Positions 40,785-49,897 are shown, counted from the first letter of the stretch. The stretch: DNA of 64,000 bases from Nitrospirota bacterium (GCA_023229435.1 JALNZF010000014.1:1445-65444); one strand, 5' to 3'. Notes: generated by a model not told the origin, from the sequence alone. Translations and numbers: made by a program.

Positions 40785-40829
40785 TCACACCCGCCTCACC
40801 AGCATGAGCCCGCAGCCGAAGCCTTTGGC
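40785..40829 (-). pseudogene. Remnant of a second cas6e 3' end, in frame directly after the intact cas6e stop
   Basis: After ..PAKAFGCGMLSLARA-TAG the next 14 codons read AKGFGCGLMLVRRV-TGA, a diverged copy of the Cas6e C-terminus (compare E. coli ..GPAKSMGCGLLSLAP). Confidence 0.6.
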
Positions 40830-41435
40830 CTATGCCCTTGCAAGAGAAAGCATACCACACCCGAATGCTTTGGCTGGACCTACGCCGCTTTGCACCAATT
40901 CCACCATGGCTTCCGGTTTTGTTACCGCGAGGACACCCTGAAAATTGACAGGCTGTATCTTCCCAGCCCTGTCTTCCTTGCTTTTCCTGAATCGGAGCGA
41001 TGATACGGGATCAATAACAAGGGACTCGATTGTTGCTGCATCCCCAAATTTCCGTTCTATCCATGAGCGCTGTTCCTCCTCACGCACAAGTGGCACACGA
41101 CATTTCTTTGGATCTCCTTTGGTGTTTTTCCGTCCACCTTCATCGATGATAGTTTTCACCGGGTTGGCAACAAGAAGAAACCGCAACCGCTGGTCAGCCA
41201 GCATCGATAACGGATATTCCCTGGAAGCCAGTATTCGCGCAAATTTTGATGAAGTTTCCGGCTCTCGTGCCGATTGCATCAGTATCTCGGCTTGGTTTTG
41301 GTCCAACTGCCCGACACGGAAGAGAAAATCACGTTCAGCATCTTTCGCTTCAGGGAACAGATTCCATAATACGCAGTGAATTTCATAGGGATTGCGGCAG
41401 GCTGCCCCGGTTATCATGACTTTACTCAGATACAT
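40830..41435 (-). CDS. cas6e: Cas6e (CasE) crRNA endoribonuclease
   Basis: MYLSKVMITGAACRNPYEIHCVLWNLFPEAKDAERDFLFRV parallels E. coli CasE MYLSKVIIARAW..LFP...DAARDFLFHV. ATG 41435 overlaps the cas5 end. Confidence 0.93.
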   Translation of the reverse strand: MYLSKVMITGAACRNPYEIHCVLWNLFPEAKDAERDFLFRVGQLDQNQAEILMQSAREPETSSKFARILASREYPLSMLADQRLRFLLVANPVKTIIDEGGRKNTKGDPKKCRVPLVREEEQRSWIERKFGDAATIESLVIDPVSSLRFRKSKEDRAGKIQPVNFQGVLAVTKPEAMVELVQSGVGPAKAFGCGMLSLARA

Positions 41436-42102
41436 TGTCACCTCCGTGAACATAGAGGTTCCGCGCGGCAAACTGGCGCGGCTGATGGATGAGCGGTACG
41501 TCACGGACTCGCTTCATGCGGTCGCTCACCTTTTCTTCGCTATAGATCGTCCCGCCCGGCGGTTCTATTCCTTTGAAGGCTTCCAGAACATCCGATGATT
41601 TCTGTCGCGCTTGAAACAATGGCCGTGCAATCGGGCAACTGCGCCGTCCCAGGTACGGCGTGAAGAATGGCTGTTTTACCGATTTTTCCAGATCGTCCAG
41701 GCTGATTACGGCGTTTGGATAATTCCAAATCGCCACGGTAAATTCAGCATCATATAAGTACTCACGCCAGGTTTGGATGGTTTCGTGGCTCTTCAGCCCG
41801 GCATAATCTTCGCGAGCGTCTTTCACAGTATGATAGTCAGTGATCTTCATCACGCGCAATGGACGTTTCGTTCCATCTTTGCGGATTAAGCTCCGTTTGT
41901 CCAAGCGTACCGCCATTCCGACACTATCTGCCAATGTTTGAAGTCTCAGACGGTCGTTACGTTTGATGCCGAGGCATGCGCCGAGAAGCCCCAACATACC
42001 GCTTCTCGTGGGAAAATTGGCGGATGGTCGCAACCCCTCGAAGGTATGCTCGCCCCAAGCCTGCATAGGGCCGTGCAATTTGAGAATGAGAAATTCCCGC
42101 AT
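41422..42102 (-). CDS. cas5: Cas5e (CasD)
   Basis: MREFLILKLHGPMQAWGEHTFEGLRPSANFPTRSGMLGLLGACLGI is close to E. coli CasD. Confidence 0.95.
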   Translation of the reverse strand: MREFLILKLHGPMQAWGEHTFEGLRPSANFPTRSGMLGLLGACLGIKRNDRLRLQTLADSVGMAVRLDKRSLIRKDGTKRPLRVMKITDYHTVKDAREDYAGLKSHETIQTWREYLYDAEFTVAIWNYPNAVISLDDLEKSVKQPFFTPYLGRRSCPIARPLFQARQKSSDVLEAFKGIEPPGGTIYSEEKVSDRMKRVRDVPLIHQPRQFAARNLYVHGGDNVSE

Positions 42103-42104
42103 GG

Positions 42105-43343
42105 TTACACCTCACCGTTGCCGAGCACCCACAACTTCAGCTCTTCCAGCGTTTTTGCGGCCTTCACTCCTGCTGGTGGTGCATCCGTCAGAGCGAACTC
42201 ACCGCATCTCTCATCTAGACCATAGCCGGTGTGAACGGCCTGCCAGTATTTATGAAGCGCCTTGATCGAGGGTTTGAGAAACCCACCATCATCTTCATGC
42301 TTAACTGGCGCTTCAAAGGCATTCGCCAGCGAGACAGGAAGATCAGAGAAGGAAACCATTGCCATATCGGCAAGATTATGAGCGGCGAAGCTCTGCTGTT
42401 TTGCCGAAGGTACGACTGTAGCCATCAAGTGAAGCCAATGAGAGGCAATTACGAGAGCTTTTTTTCGACTCTCGGAAGTTTCCAGTGCCTTTACGTCGGA
42501 AATGAGACCAAGATTCATTTGTAGTTGCTTGAGATTGAGGCTGGCATATCTGTAGAAAACACCGCTGGAAAACTCCTGAGTGTCAAGATGACCGGAGCCC
42601 TTTTTTTGTAGATCATCCACCGCTGTGAACCAATCGATATCTGCATCCACTGCATGTGTTGTAACAGAATGCGCAACTGCCATAGCCCCGTCAATCGTTG
42701 TCATAAGGCCTGATGTTGCCATGCGTCCTGATAGCGCAACATCAACAGCAGACCCGACAGCTTTCGAAAGAGCTTCAGCATGTACGGCTATTCTATTTTC
42801 AATCTTCTTTGTATATATTTGATCCATGAAATACTCAGCATCCTTTTTCTTCTTTCCTTTTTGCTTTTCATATTTTTCCATTGCCTTTTGTCGTTCATCT
42901 TCAGCCAGTCCTTTTTGTTTGACTTCCTTGACTGCCTGACACAAAATCCTGAACTCTTCTTTTACCCAAGGAGCTACAGCCAATTTTTTCTCAGAGTTAT
43001 CATTGCCTTCACTTTCTGAATCTTCATCAGTATCATCGTTAGTTTTTGTTCTTACAAAACGCTCCAGCGTTTCCTGAATAATGTTCTCTTCAAATTCACC
43101 GTTCAGCAGCTGTAAGAATTCTTCCTTTAGCAAATCCAAGTGCTTGCAACGGATGCTCGCTTCACCCAAATGGTTGCGATAATAGTCGCTAGTGCGCATG
43201 GTCCTCTTGAGACTCTGACTGGAGATACGCACACGACGCTTGCCGCCGAATACAGCGGACTTCTGCATATTCATATCGTCGCGATTGAGGCATGAGGGGC
43301 TGTGAGAAATCAGAATGTGAAAATTGATAAAATTCTTGTCCAT
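42105..43343 (-). CDS. cas7: Cas7e (CasC) backbone subunit, carrying an extra charged segment of about 50 aa
   Basis: FINFHILISHSPSCLNRDDMNMQKSAVFGGKRRVRISSQSLKR closely matches E. coli CasC as recalled. 412 aa compared with about 363 aa. Confidence 0.95.
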   Translation of the reverse strand: MDKNFINFHILISHSPSCLNRDDMNMQKSAVFGGKRRVRISSQSLKRTMRTSDYYRNHLGEASIRCKHLDLLKEEFLQLLNGEFEENIIQETLERFVRTKTNDDTDEDSESEGNDNSEKKLAVAPWVKEEFRILCQAVKEVKQKGLAEDERQKAMEKYEKQKGKKKKDAEYFMDQIYTKKIENRIAVHAEALSKAVGSAVDVALSGRMATSGLMTTIDGAMAVAHSVTTHAVDADIDWFTAVDDLQKKGSGHLDTQEFSSGVFYRYASLNLKQLQMNLGLISDVKALETSESRKKALVIASHWLHLMATVVPSAKQQSFAAHNLADMAMVSFSDLPVSLANAFEAPVKHEDDGGFLKPSIKALHKYWQAVHTGYGLDERCGEFALTDAPPAGVKAAKTLEELKLWVLGNGEV

Positions 43344-43358
43344 GATTTTTCCCTTTCT

Positions 43359-43823
43359 TTATGGATGGTTTATTTTTCTCGACTGATTCATGAAATAGCC
43401 TTCTAGTAAGTCACGTTTACTTCGCTCGTTCCAATACCAAAGAAGCTTTGCCGACATGAACCAATCTGCGGATGGCTCAACCATCTGTAGTATTCGGCGC
43501 AATTGGATCATGTCATTAGGGGCATCGGAGCGGATCACCTGAAATAGCCGCTTCTCACTGACTTTTCGCCCTCCGGCGATAGCCTTGCCTAAGCTGTCCG
43601 CACCGTTCTTGTGCCTGATATAAGGCAGGCAGAAAATCAAACGCTGGTATGCTTGTTTTTCCCACTCCTGCTCAGCATTTCCACTGAACAAGCGGTAAAA
43701 GGCTGGCACCTCTATCAACTCCTGTGGCCTACGGACACGTCTAAGCTCAGCTTTTGCACCGGGTGGCAAATGTTCCCATACTTTATATAGCACCATGAAA
43801 TCAGGTAGTTTCTGTTGTTCCAT
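43359..43823 (-). CDS. cse2: Cse2 (CasB, Cas11e) small subunit
   Basis: ..FMVLYKVWEHLPPGAKAELRRV..PAFYRL.. parallels CasB. ATG 43823 lies 5 nt after AAGGAGG. The ORF-track start 43853 is TTG. Confidence 0.9.
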   Translation of the reverse strand: MEQQKLPDFMVLYKVWEHLPPGAKAELRRVRRPQELIEVPAFYRLFSGNAEQEWEKQAYQRLIFCLPYIRHKNGADSLGKAIAGGRKVSEKRLFQVIRSDAPNDMIQLRRILQMVEPSADWFMSAKLLWYWNERSKRDLLEGYFMNQSRKINHP

Positions 43824-45363
43824 TGTCCCCTCCTTTATCTCGTTGTGGTTCAAGATCGTATAGTTTGTTCCGTAGATAAATTTTTCTTACAGCGACCATT
43901 GTCTTCATAAGTTCCGGGTCATTCAAGTAAGGCCTTACTGATTCTTCGAAAAGTTCTTCAGTAATACTTCTGAGTTCTTTTCGCATCTTAGTCAATACCG
44001 GTTCAGGATTTTCAAAGTCAATGCATGCAAGTGTGTTCTCAATTGTCGGTTCCGATCTGCGATAGAATTGGGTTACCGCAACTTTCGGCAATTCTATTTT
44101 GTCCCCAAGGCCCTTCAATTTGTGAGTCTTGTCCTTCATGCCTTTGCAAAAAAAGAATAGCGCCACTCTTATGGCTTCTTTGTAGGCAGTTCCTAATGAA
44201 ACAATTTCATTAATTACATTTGTGTGCCGATCCCAACCGTGATTGAGAGTAAATACCTCGTGACGACGATCAACTATAGATGCCTTTCTTCGTACATAAC
44301 CGCCTATTAGCAATCGTAGTTTTTGTGCTTTAAATCCATAGAGCTTTTTGGATTGAAGCACAACTGCCGCTGGCTCATACCCCTCAATTTTTCCTTGCGG
44401 GGATAATTGAGCTACAAACCTGTTCAATTGGGTCCATGCCGGCGCAGTAATGTTGAATGACATAAACCACGAATTAAAAGTTCCCTCTTTCTTGAGCTCC
44501 ACAGTGCGCGGAGAATGCGGGTGCGGCCAAGTATTTTCTACGGAATAGTTTGAAAACTTGGCTTTCGAGAATCCCGGATAACCGTGCGCTATACTGCAGC
44601 CACAGCATGAACAAAAACTGTTTACGTCAATTGGGGGTAGCAACTCCAAATGCGCTGGTTGCCAGAAAAGACCGCGTACAAATCCAATATTTTGTGCATG
44701 ATTTGTTCCTGCCTGGATAGGCTCCATCCACGTAGGCAACTGGCGATTGGTGCTATGATGCCATGGCATTATCCGTGCGACTTCACTGTCAGATAGCACA
44801 TTAAGCCAGACAGTCTGACGGAGGTGGTTGCCCTGTACAAGTGTTGTGATTGGCGTTCCACCACGTAATGGATCCTTAAATCCACCACCAAACCCAGGTG
44901 TGCAGGTCGCCTGATTAAACAGGGCAATTGCAGCACATCCGCCACAGAGTTGTGCCGCCAAGCCGGGCTCATTCATAAAACAACAATTCTCTGCACCTGT
45001 AAGCCCTGCAAATAGTTTATCCATCTGCGTAATGATGCTTGCTGCGACCTTGCGCGTCTGCATAAAGGGGAATTTCGGGTGATTCAGGTTAAACCAGTCG
45101 GCACACGGATGGATAGTTGCATCATACTCCTCCGACGTAATTCTCTTTGCAATGCGACCTTTCAACTCGTCATCGTCTTTCGGGGTAAAGAGCGCCTGCG
45201 TCATGCAGATCAGCAACTGCACAGCAGCAAGCTCCATGTCATCCCTCGGCAGGCACAATTCCCACGCTTCGTTTCCGCAAAGGAGTTGTTTCAGCGAAAT
45301 CTTTTTCATCGCTCCCGTGGGGAGCGGTCGAACCGGAATCCATTCTTCGATCAGCAAGTTCAT
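43801..45363 (-). CDS. cse1: Cse1 (CasA, Cas8e) large subunit
   Basis: MNLLIEEWIPVRP..LPRDDMELAAVQLLIC parallels E. coli CasA MNLLIDNWIPVRP..LPRDDMELAALALLVC. ATGA overlap with the cas3 stop. Confidence 0.95.
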   Translation of the reverse strand: MNLLIEEWIPVRPLPTGAMKKISLKQLLCGNEAWELCLPRDDMELAAVQLLICMTQALFTPKDDDELKGRIAKRITSEEYDATIHPCADWFNLNHPKFPFMQTRKVAASIITQMDKLFAGLTGAENCCFMNEPGLAAQLCGGCAAIALFNQATCTPGFGGGFKDPLRGGTPITTLVQGNHLRQTVWLNVLSDSEVARIMPWHHSTNRQLPTWMEPIQAGTNHAQNIGFVRGLFWQPAHLELLPPIDVNSFCSCCGCSIAHGYPGFSKAKFSNYSVENTWPHPHSPRTVELKKEGTFNSWFMSFNITAPAWTQLNRFVAQLSPQGKIEGYEPAAVVLQSKKLYGFKAQKLRLLIGGYVRRKASIVDRRHEVFTLNHGWDRHTNVINEIVSLGTAYKEAIRVALFFFCKGMKDKTHKLKGLGDKIELPKVAVTQFYRRSEPTIENTLACIDFENPEPVLTKMRKELRSITEELFEESVRPYLNDPELMKTMVAVRKIYLRNKLYDLEPQRDKGGDNGTTETT

Positions 45364-48047
45364 TTCTTTTTCTCCAATCCGATGTCCTTGTGATAGCTGA
45401 ACGTCACATCCTTTATCTTCCCTGTGTAGAATTCACCATCTTGCTCCATCTCAAGCCAGCGCCTCCCTTCTTTGTCGATTTCTTCGGCTCCGAAGCAATA
45501 GCCCCAAGATTTGGGAACCCCCACGCTATTCAATGATAATGCTTCGAGACTTTGGCGCTCATCCAGCGACTCCAGAACGGTCCCATCCATCAGCATCCGT
45601 CCCTGAGAAGTCCGGCAGTACGGGATAACCGTCCGGTTCATGTCGCCGTCACGCGTTACTGCCGTAATCGCCTCGTCCGTATCTGCAAACGGATTCATCC
45701 CCTTTGCTCTCTCAATCATTTGTTGTGCTAAATATCCCTTAACATTCTGGACTTCATCTCTAAATTTTTCATAACTCGCTGTCATATCATCAGGTTCATT
45801 TTCCCACGATTCTTCCTGATAAACCGACTCTATCCAGGTTCGATAGGCAAGAGGAAAAACAACCTCTCTTCCTGTTGCAGAAAGCAGTTTCTGTCCAGTA
45901 CGCCAGAGTGAACGCTTGTTTGCGTAGATAACCCCATGCAGACCGTAACTATCGTCGTCAGGCAGAAGCACCGTGCATCGAGGCTTTTCGAACCCCTTCG
46001 GACGGGAAGGGCGACCATGACGATGCAACCGCCCCATGCGCTGGAAAAGGAGATCGACGGGACAAAGCTGCGTGATTAGCCAATCAAAATCAAGGTCAAG
46101 GGACTGTTCGATAACCTGCGTCGCCACAATAATACGCCCCTTTGCGCGGTCTCCTTTTGGACCGAAACGGGCAATAGCATCCAGTTCCTTTTCCCGGCGA
46201 TGGATGAAACAGTAGCGGGCGTGGAACAGATCAACCGGCAAGGCAGTCATCGTTCTCAAGTGTCGGGCTAAACCCTGGGCAATATCAACCAGGTTGCAGA
46301 CGATTGCCACCTGCGCGCCCTGCTCGGCGGCAGCCACAATACGACGAATCAAATTCTCGTCGGGCACAATCTGAGGAACGCGAATCGGCTCTACAATCAC
46401 GGAATTATTCTGTGGGAGTTGGGATGGATCGAGAACGAAAGGCAGAATTGTCCGTTCGCCAGCCCAAGTCGCCAATGGATAGGGCGTCTCATCTCCTCGT
46501 TTCTCTAACTTTACACCCCAGGCATCGCAAAGCTGCTGCCGTTGATGCTCGGGAAGAGTTGCCGAGAGCAGCAATGCTGATCCACCTGCTTTGTGCTGTT
46601 CTCGCAATACCTCTTCCAGAAGACCGTACATGTAAGCATCATAAGCATGCACCTCGTCAACGATAAGAACGCTCCGTCCGATTCCAAACCCACGCACAAA
46701 GCGGTGCTTGACTGGAAGCACGGAAATCAGCACCTGGTCAACGGTGCAAACGCCGATCTGTCCCAAAAATACGCGTTTGCGGCTCTCAGCCAGCCATTCA
46801 CTGCATTGCACCCAACCGTCTTCCTTTTCATACCCTTTGAGTGTTGCATGTTTTATTTCAGCAAATTCTTTATTAAAACGAGCCGAGCCGTGGGCCAACA
46901 GTAAGTTAAGATGATCAGCGAAGAGCAGTGGAGCAATTCGCCTGAGACGCCCGAGCATAGCATTAGCGGTGGCCTGTGTCGGCAAAGCGAATACAATTGA
47001 ATCTGCCAGTCCAGCATTGATGAGTCTCCAGGCATAAGCAAGCGCCGCTTCCGTCTTTCCGCTGCCTGTTGGGGCCTCGATAATAGTCAAACCAGGCTCA
47101 AGCGGCAGTCTGTCTACTATAGTTTGCAAAGAGCGGGGCTGATCGTCATGCTCAAGCAAATCACTTACGCTGCCGTATTGACGTGGATGACCGATGATAC
47201 CGGCAAAACGGAGGACCCGACGGGCATCGCCCTCACGTATCGCCTCGAAATACTCATTCAGCTCCATTGCCTGATAATGATAAACAAAATTGTCGGCATC
47301 ACACCGCGACCCGAGCCAATCACTAACGGAACAAAAACCAGCCATGAGTGGTGAGCAGTCAGGAGGAGAATCGTTGATGGAGAGCCCAACGGGCTTTAAA
47401 AAGAGTTGCTCCAATGCCGCCAGCCATTCAGTTCTGGCTTCTCGGTCAACTACTGCTAAACGCCGGTCGCATGTCGGCGGCAATGACGCGATATCTATAT
47501 ATTCAGAAGGCCTTACGTAACCGTGATGGCCAGCGACAGCCTCCAGCCATGATTTCCAGTTCTGCCAAAGATTCGAGGAGGATTCTTCTGGATCATCCAA
47601 AAAACTCAGACCAGTGTTTGAGTCATTAGATTCAAGTCCGAGCATTCTTCCGTGATCTTTCATGAACCAGGCCAAGCCTCGTTCACCATGATAATACGTA
47701 TGGCAATCATGTATCGCCGGAAGGGCATCGTAGCTTCCCGCGTTCGGATAGAGCGTCTGCCAGATAGGCCTAACACGAAGCTGAAAACGCACATCGAACT
47801 TGCCATAGTCATGCAGCGCGACAAAAAAGAGCACCCATGCGCGTAATTGCTCTTCCGGCAAACCGTTCCGGCGACGAAAAGAGCGACGGATGGTCGAACT
47901 GTCCTCCCACCATGCTGCAGCCACCGCCGCCACATCAAGGCAGTGATACGGCAAGAGATGATAACCATCTCCTTCCTTCTCCGCCTTACCCCAATACCGA
48001 TAATAACTTTGCAATAAATCGTTCACCTTTTCATCATCTCCACCCAC
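45360..48047 (-). CDS. cas3: Cas3 HD nuclease / SF2 helicase (I-E)
   Basis: YWGKA..HLLPYHCLDVAAV..ALHDYGKF (HD), APTGSGKTEAAL (Walker A), DEVH, C-terminal domain. GTG start at 48047, or GTG 48026 forming a GTGA overlap with the upstream stop. Confidence 0.95.
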   Translation of the reverse strand: MGGDDEKVNDLLQSYYRYWGKAEKEGDGYHLLPYHCLDVAAVAAAWWEDSSTIRRSFRRRNGLPEEQLRAWVLFFVALHDYGKFDVRFQLRVRPIWQTLYPNAGSYDALPAIHDCHTYYHGERGLAWFMKDHGRMLGLESNDSNTGLSFLDDPEESSSNLWQNWKSWLEAVAGHHGYVRPSEYIDIASLPPTCDRRLAVVDREARTEWLAALEQLFLKPVGLSINDSPPDCSPLMAGFCSVSDWLGSRCDADNFVYHYQAMELNEYFEAIREGDARRVLRFAGIIGHPRQYGSVSDLLEHDDQPRSLQTIVDRLPLEPGLTIIEAPTGSGKTEAALAYAWRLINAGLADSIVFALPTQATANAMLGRLRRIAPLLFADHLNLLLAHGSARFNKEFAEIKHATLKGYEKEDGWVQCSEWLAESRKRVFLGQIGVCTVDQVLISVLPVKHRFVRGFGIGRSVLIVDEVHAYDAYMYGLLEEVLREQHKAGGSALLLSATLPEHQRQQLCDAWGVKLEKRGDETPYPLATWAGERTILPFVLDPSQLPQNNSVIVEPIRVPQIVPDENLIRRIVAAAEQGAQVAIVCNLVDIAQGLARHLRTMTALPVDLFHARYCFIHRREKELDAIARFGPKGDRAKGRIIVATQVIEQSLDLDFDWLITQLCPVDLLFQRMGRLHRHGRPSRPKGFEKPRCTVLLPDDDSYGLHGVIYANKRSLWRTGQKLLSATGREVVFPLAYRTWIESVYQEESWENEPDDMTASYEKFRDEVQNVKGYLAQQMIERAKGMNPFADTDEAITAVTRDGDMNRTVIPYCRTSQGRMLMDGTVLESLDERQSLEALSLNSVGVPKSWGYCFGAEEIDKEGRRWLEMEQDGEFYTGKIKDVTFSYHKDIGLEKKK

Positions 48048-48583
48048 ACTCTCGCCACCAATTGCGCGTCGTCAAGAGCGCGGTGGCGCATGGTCTGTTC
48101 AGGTATTCTGCCGAATAGGTGCCGGTAGACCGTTTCAAGTCTGTGATTCAACAGCTTCGGATACAGTCTCCTGCTCAGTTCCAGCGTGCAGTTATATGGA
48201 TTCGTCAGCCCCACGCCAAGCCGCAGGAATTCGTGGCTAATAAATCCCATGTCGAATCTCGCATTATGAGCCACGAGCGTGCTGTCTGTGACAAACTTCC
48301 TGAATTCCGGCATAACCTCTTCCGCTAGCGGTTTACCGAGCAGCATCTCATTAGTGATACCGTGCACCTGTTGTGCAGCCCAATGAATCCGCTCATTTAC
48401 TCTGATGAGCGCATGGAACTCCTCGCCGATTCGGTCCCCTTCAAGCACAACAGCGCCGATTTCAATGATCCGGTCTCCGCGCCTTGTCGAAAGTCCGGTT
48501 GTCTCAACATCTACCGCGATGAATCGCCCCGCCGCCTTGGAATACTGGTTTTGAACGCCATCTTTTATGGTTCTTGATTTCAT
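48023..48583 (-). CDS. Stand-alone DEDDh 3'-5' exonuclease (DnaQ/epsilon-like), first-position member of the cas operon
   Basis: ExoI FIAVDVETTGL, ExoII LVAHNARFDMGF, ExoIII HRALDDAQL. The stop TGA 48025-48023 overlaps the cas3 start region. Confidence 0.85.
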   Translation of the reverse strand: MKSRTIKDGVQNQYSKAAGRFIAVDVETTGLSTRRGDRIIEIGAVVLEGDRIGEEFHALIRVNERIHWAAQQVHGITNEMLLGKPLAEEVMPEFRKFVTDSTLVAHNARFDMGFISHEFLRLGVGLTNPYNCTLELSRRLYPKLLNHRLETVYRHLFGRIPEQTMRHRALDDAQLVARVWVEMMKR

Positions 48584-48586
48584 AGT

Positions 48587-49690
48587 CTACCATGTGCCAG
48601 GCTCAAAACATGAGCCTGCTGCCACTTCAATTTCACCTGAAAAGCCCCCCTCACCTTTGTCCTCTCCCCCGAGGGGAGAGGAGAGGATAGTGCGATTTGA
48701 GCCGCCTGCTTTCTTCGAACTAATCTTCTGCTGCCGCAACAGCGCCTTGCCCAGCAAGTTTACGACTTCAGCCCGCAGAGACGCCGGCCCGATAACCTCC
48801 ACCTCCGGCCCATGCTTCAGGATTTCCATAACCAACTCGCGGTGGTCCGCATACGGGACCTCAAGAACATAGTGCTCGCCGTCGAACCGGCCCTTCTGCT
48901 TTGGATGCCACGATTCATCGGCCACCCAGCGGCTGCGTTCCGGCGTAAAGCGCAATACTGCCGTATGCCTGGCTTTGCCCGCGAAGATGCCGAAGGCTGA
49001 AGCAAAATGAGCATTGAGTTTTGCGTCGGAGATTTCCCTAGCGGGCTTGTCGAGAACGTGCACCTGCTTGAGGCGGTCAACGGAAAAGCTCCTGAGCGCC
49101 CGTTTGGTGTGGTCCCACGCGTCGAGGTACCAGTTGTCCCGGTAGTGCGCCAGCCGCTGGGGGGAAACCACACGCTCGGTTGTCCTGTTGTCAGCACGGC
49201 CGTGATAAATGATGTTCAGGCGCTTGCGACGGAGAACAGCGTCCGCCACAGTGGGAAAGTACGCTGGATCGACACGTCGGGAAGCCATGCTCAAAATGCG
49301 GATGCGGCTGGTAATGTCTCCCTGGGAAGCGTCCCGTGACTTTAGTATTCGCTCTATGCGTTCACGCAACGGCATCAGATGGCTGTCGAGCAGGCCAGGC
49401 TGTATCTCGCTGAGCAGGCGCTGAACGGTCAAGAGCGCGTAAAGCTCGGAGGCATTGAACCAGAGGCCGGGGAGTTCGTAGGGATGCTCGCCTGTCGGCA
49501 CATAATGGTAGCCTTCGGCGCCGCGGCCATACTCGATCGGCGCTCCCAGGCCATCCCGCATATGGCGAATGACCCGGTTGACTGTGGCGCGGGAGCATTC
49601 AAGGCGTTCCTGGAGGACAGAATGCGAAACAGGGTAGCGAGATTGATTGAGCACACGATGCAAACAGTAAATCCGGTCGAAAAGGTCCAT
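48587..49690 (-). CDS. WYL-domain transcriptional regulator (wHTH-WYL-WCX)
   Basis: N-terminal HTH (LQERLECSRATVNRVIRHMRD) and WYL core VVSPQRLAHYRDNWYLDAWD. The last 35 or so codons are encoded by a REP-like element. Confidence 0.85.
   Translation of the reverse strand: MDLFDRIYCLHRVLNQSRYPVSHSVLQERLECSRATVNRVIRHMRDGLGAPIEYGRGAEGYHYVPTGEHPYELPGLWFNASELYALLTVQRLLSEIQPGLLDSHLMPLRERIERILKSRDASQGDITSRIRILSMASRRVDPAYFPTVADAVLRRKRLNIIYHGRADNRTTERVVSPQRLAHYRDNWYLDAWDHTKRALRSFSVDRLKQVHVLDKPAREISDAKLNAHFASAFGIFAGKARHTAVLRFTPERSRWVADESWHPKQKGRFDGEHYVLEVPYADHRELVMEILKHGPEVEVIGPASLRAEVVNLLGKALLRQQKISSKKAGGSNRTILSSPLGGEDKGEGGFSGEIEVAAGSCFEPGTW
48645..48686. repeat. REP-like element, copy 4, lying inside the 3' end of the WYL ORF
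   Basis: cccccctcacctttgtcctctcccccgaggggagaggagagg. Confidence 0.7.
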
Positions 49691-49897
49691 GACGCTCCTT
49701 TCGTACGGCGCTTATGAAAAAGGCTACAGGCTACTGTCCGGCAATGTTGTCTGATGGGATGAAACGACTATAGTCCAGACGTGGGAAAAACTCAAGATGA
49801 GATTGCTGATAATTCTGCGGCGAGTGTTTCATGTAAGAATTGACAGCGTTTGATAAAAGCGTTAAGTTGATCATAATGAAAACAGCCGTGGTGAAAT

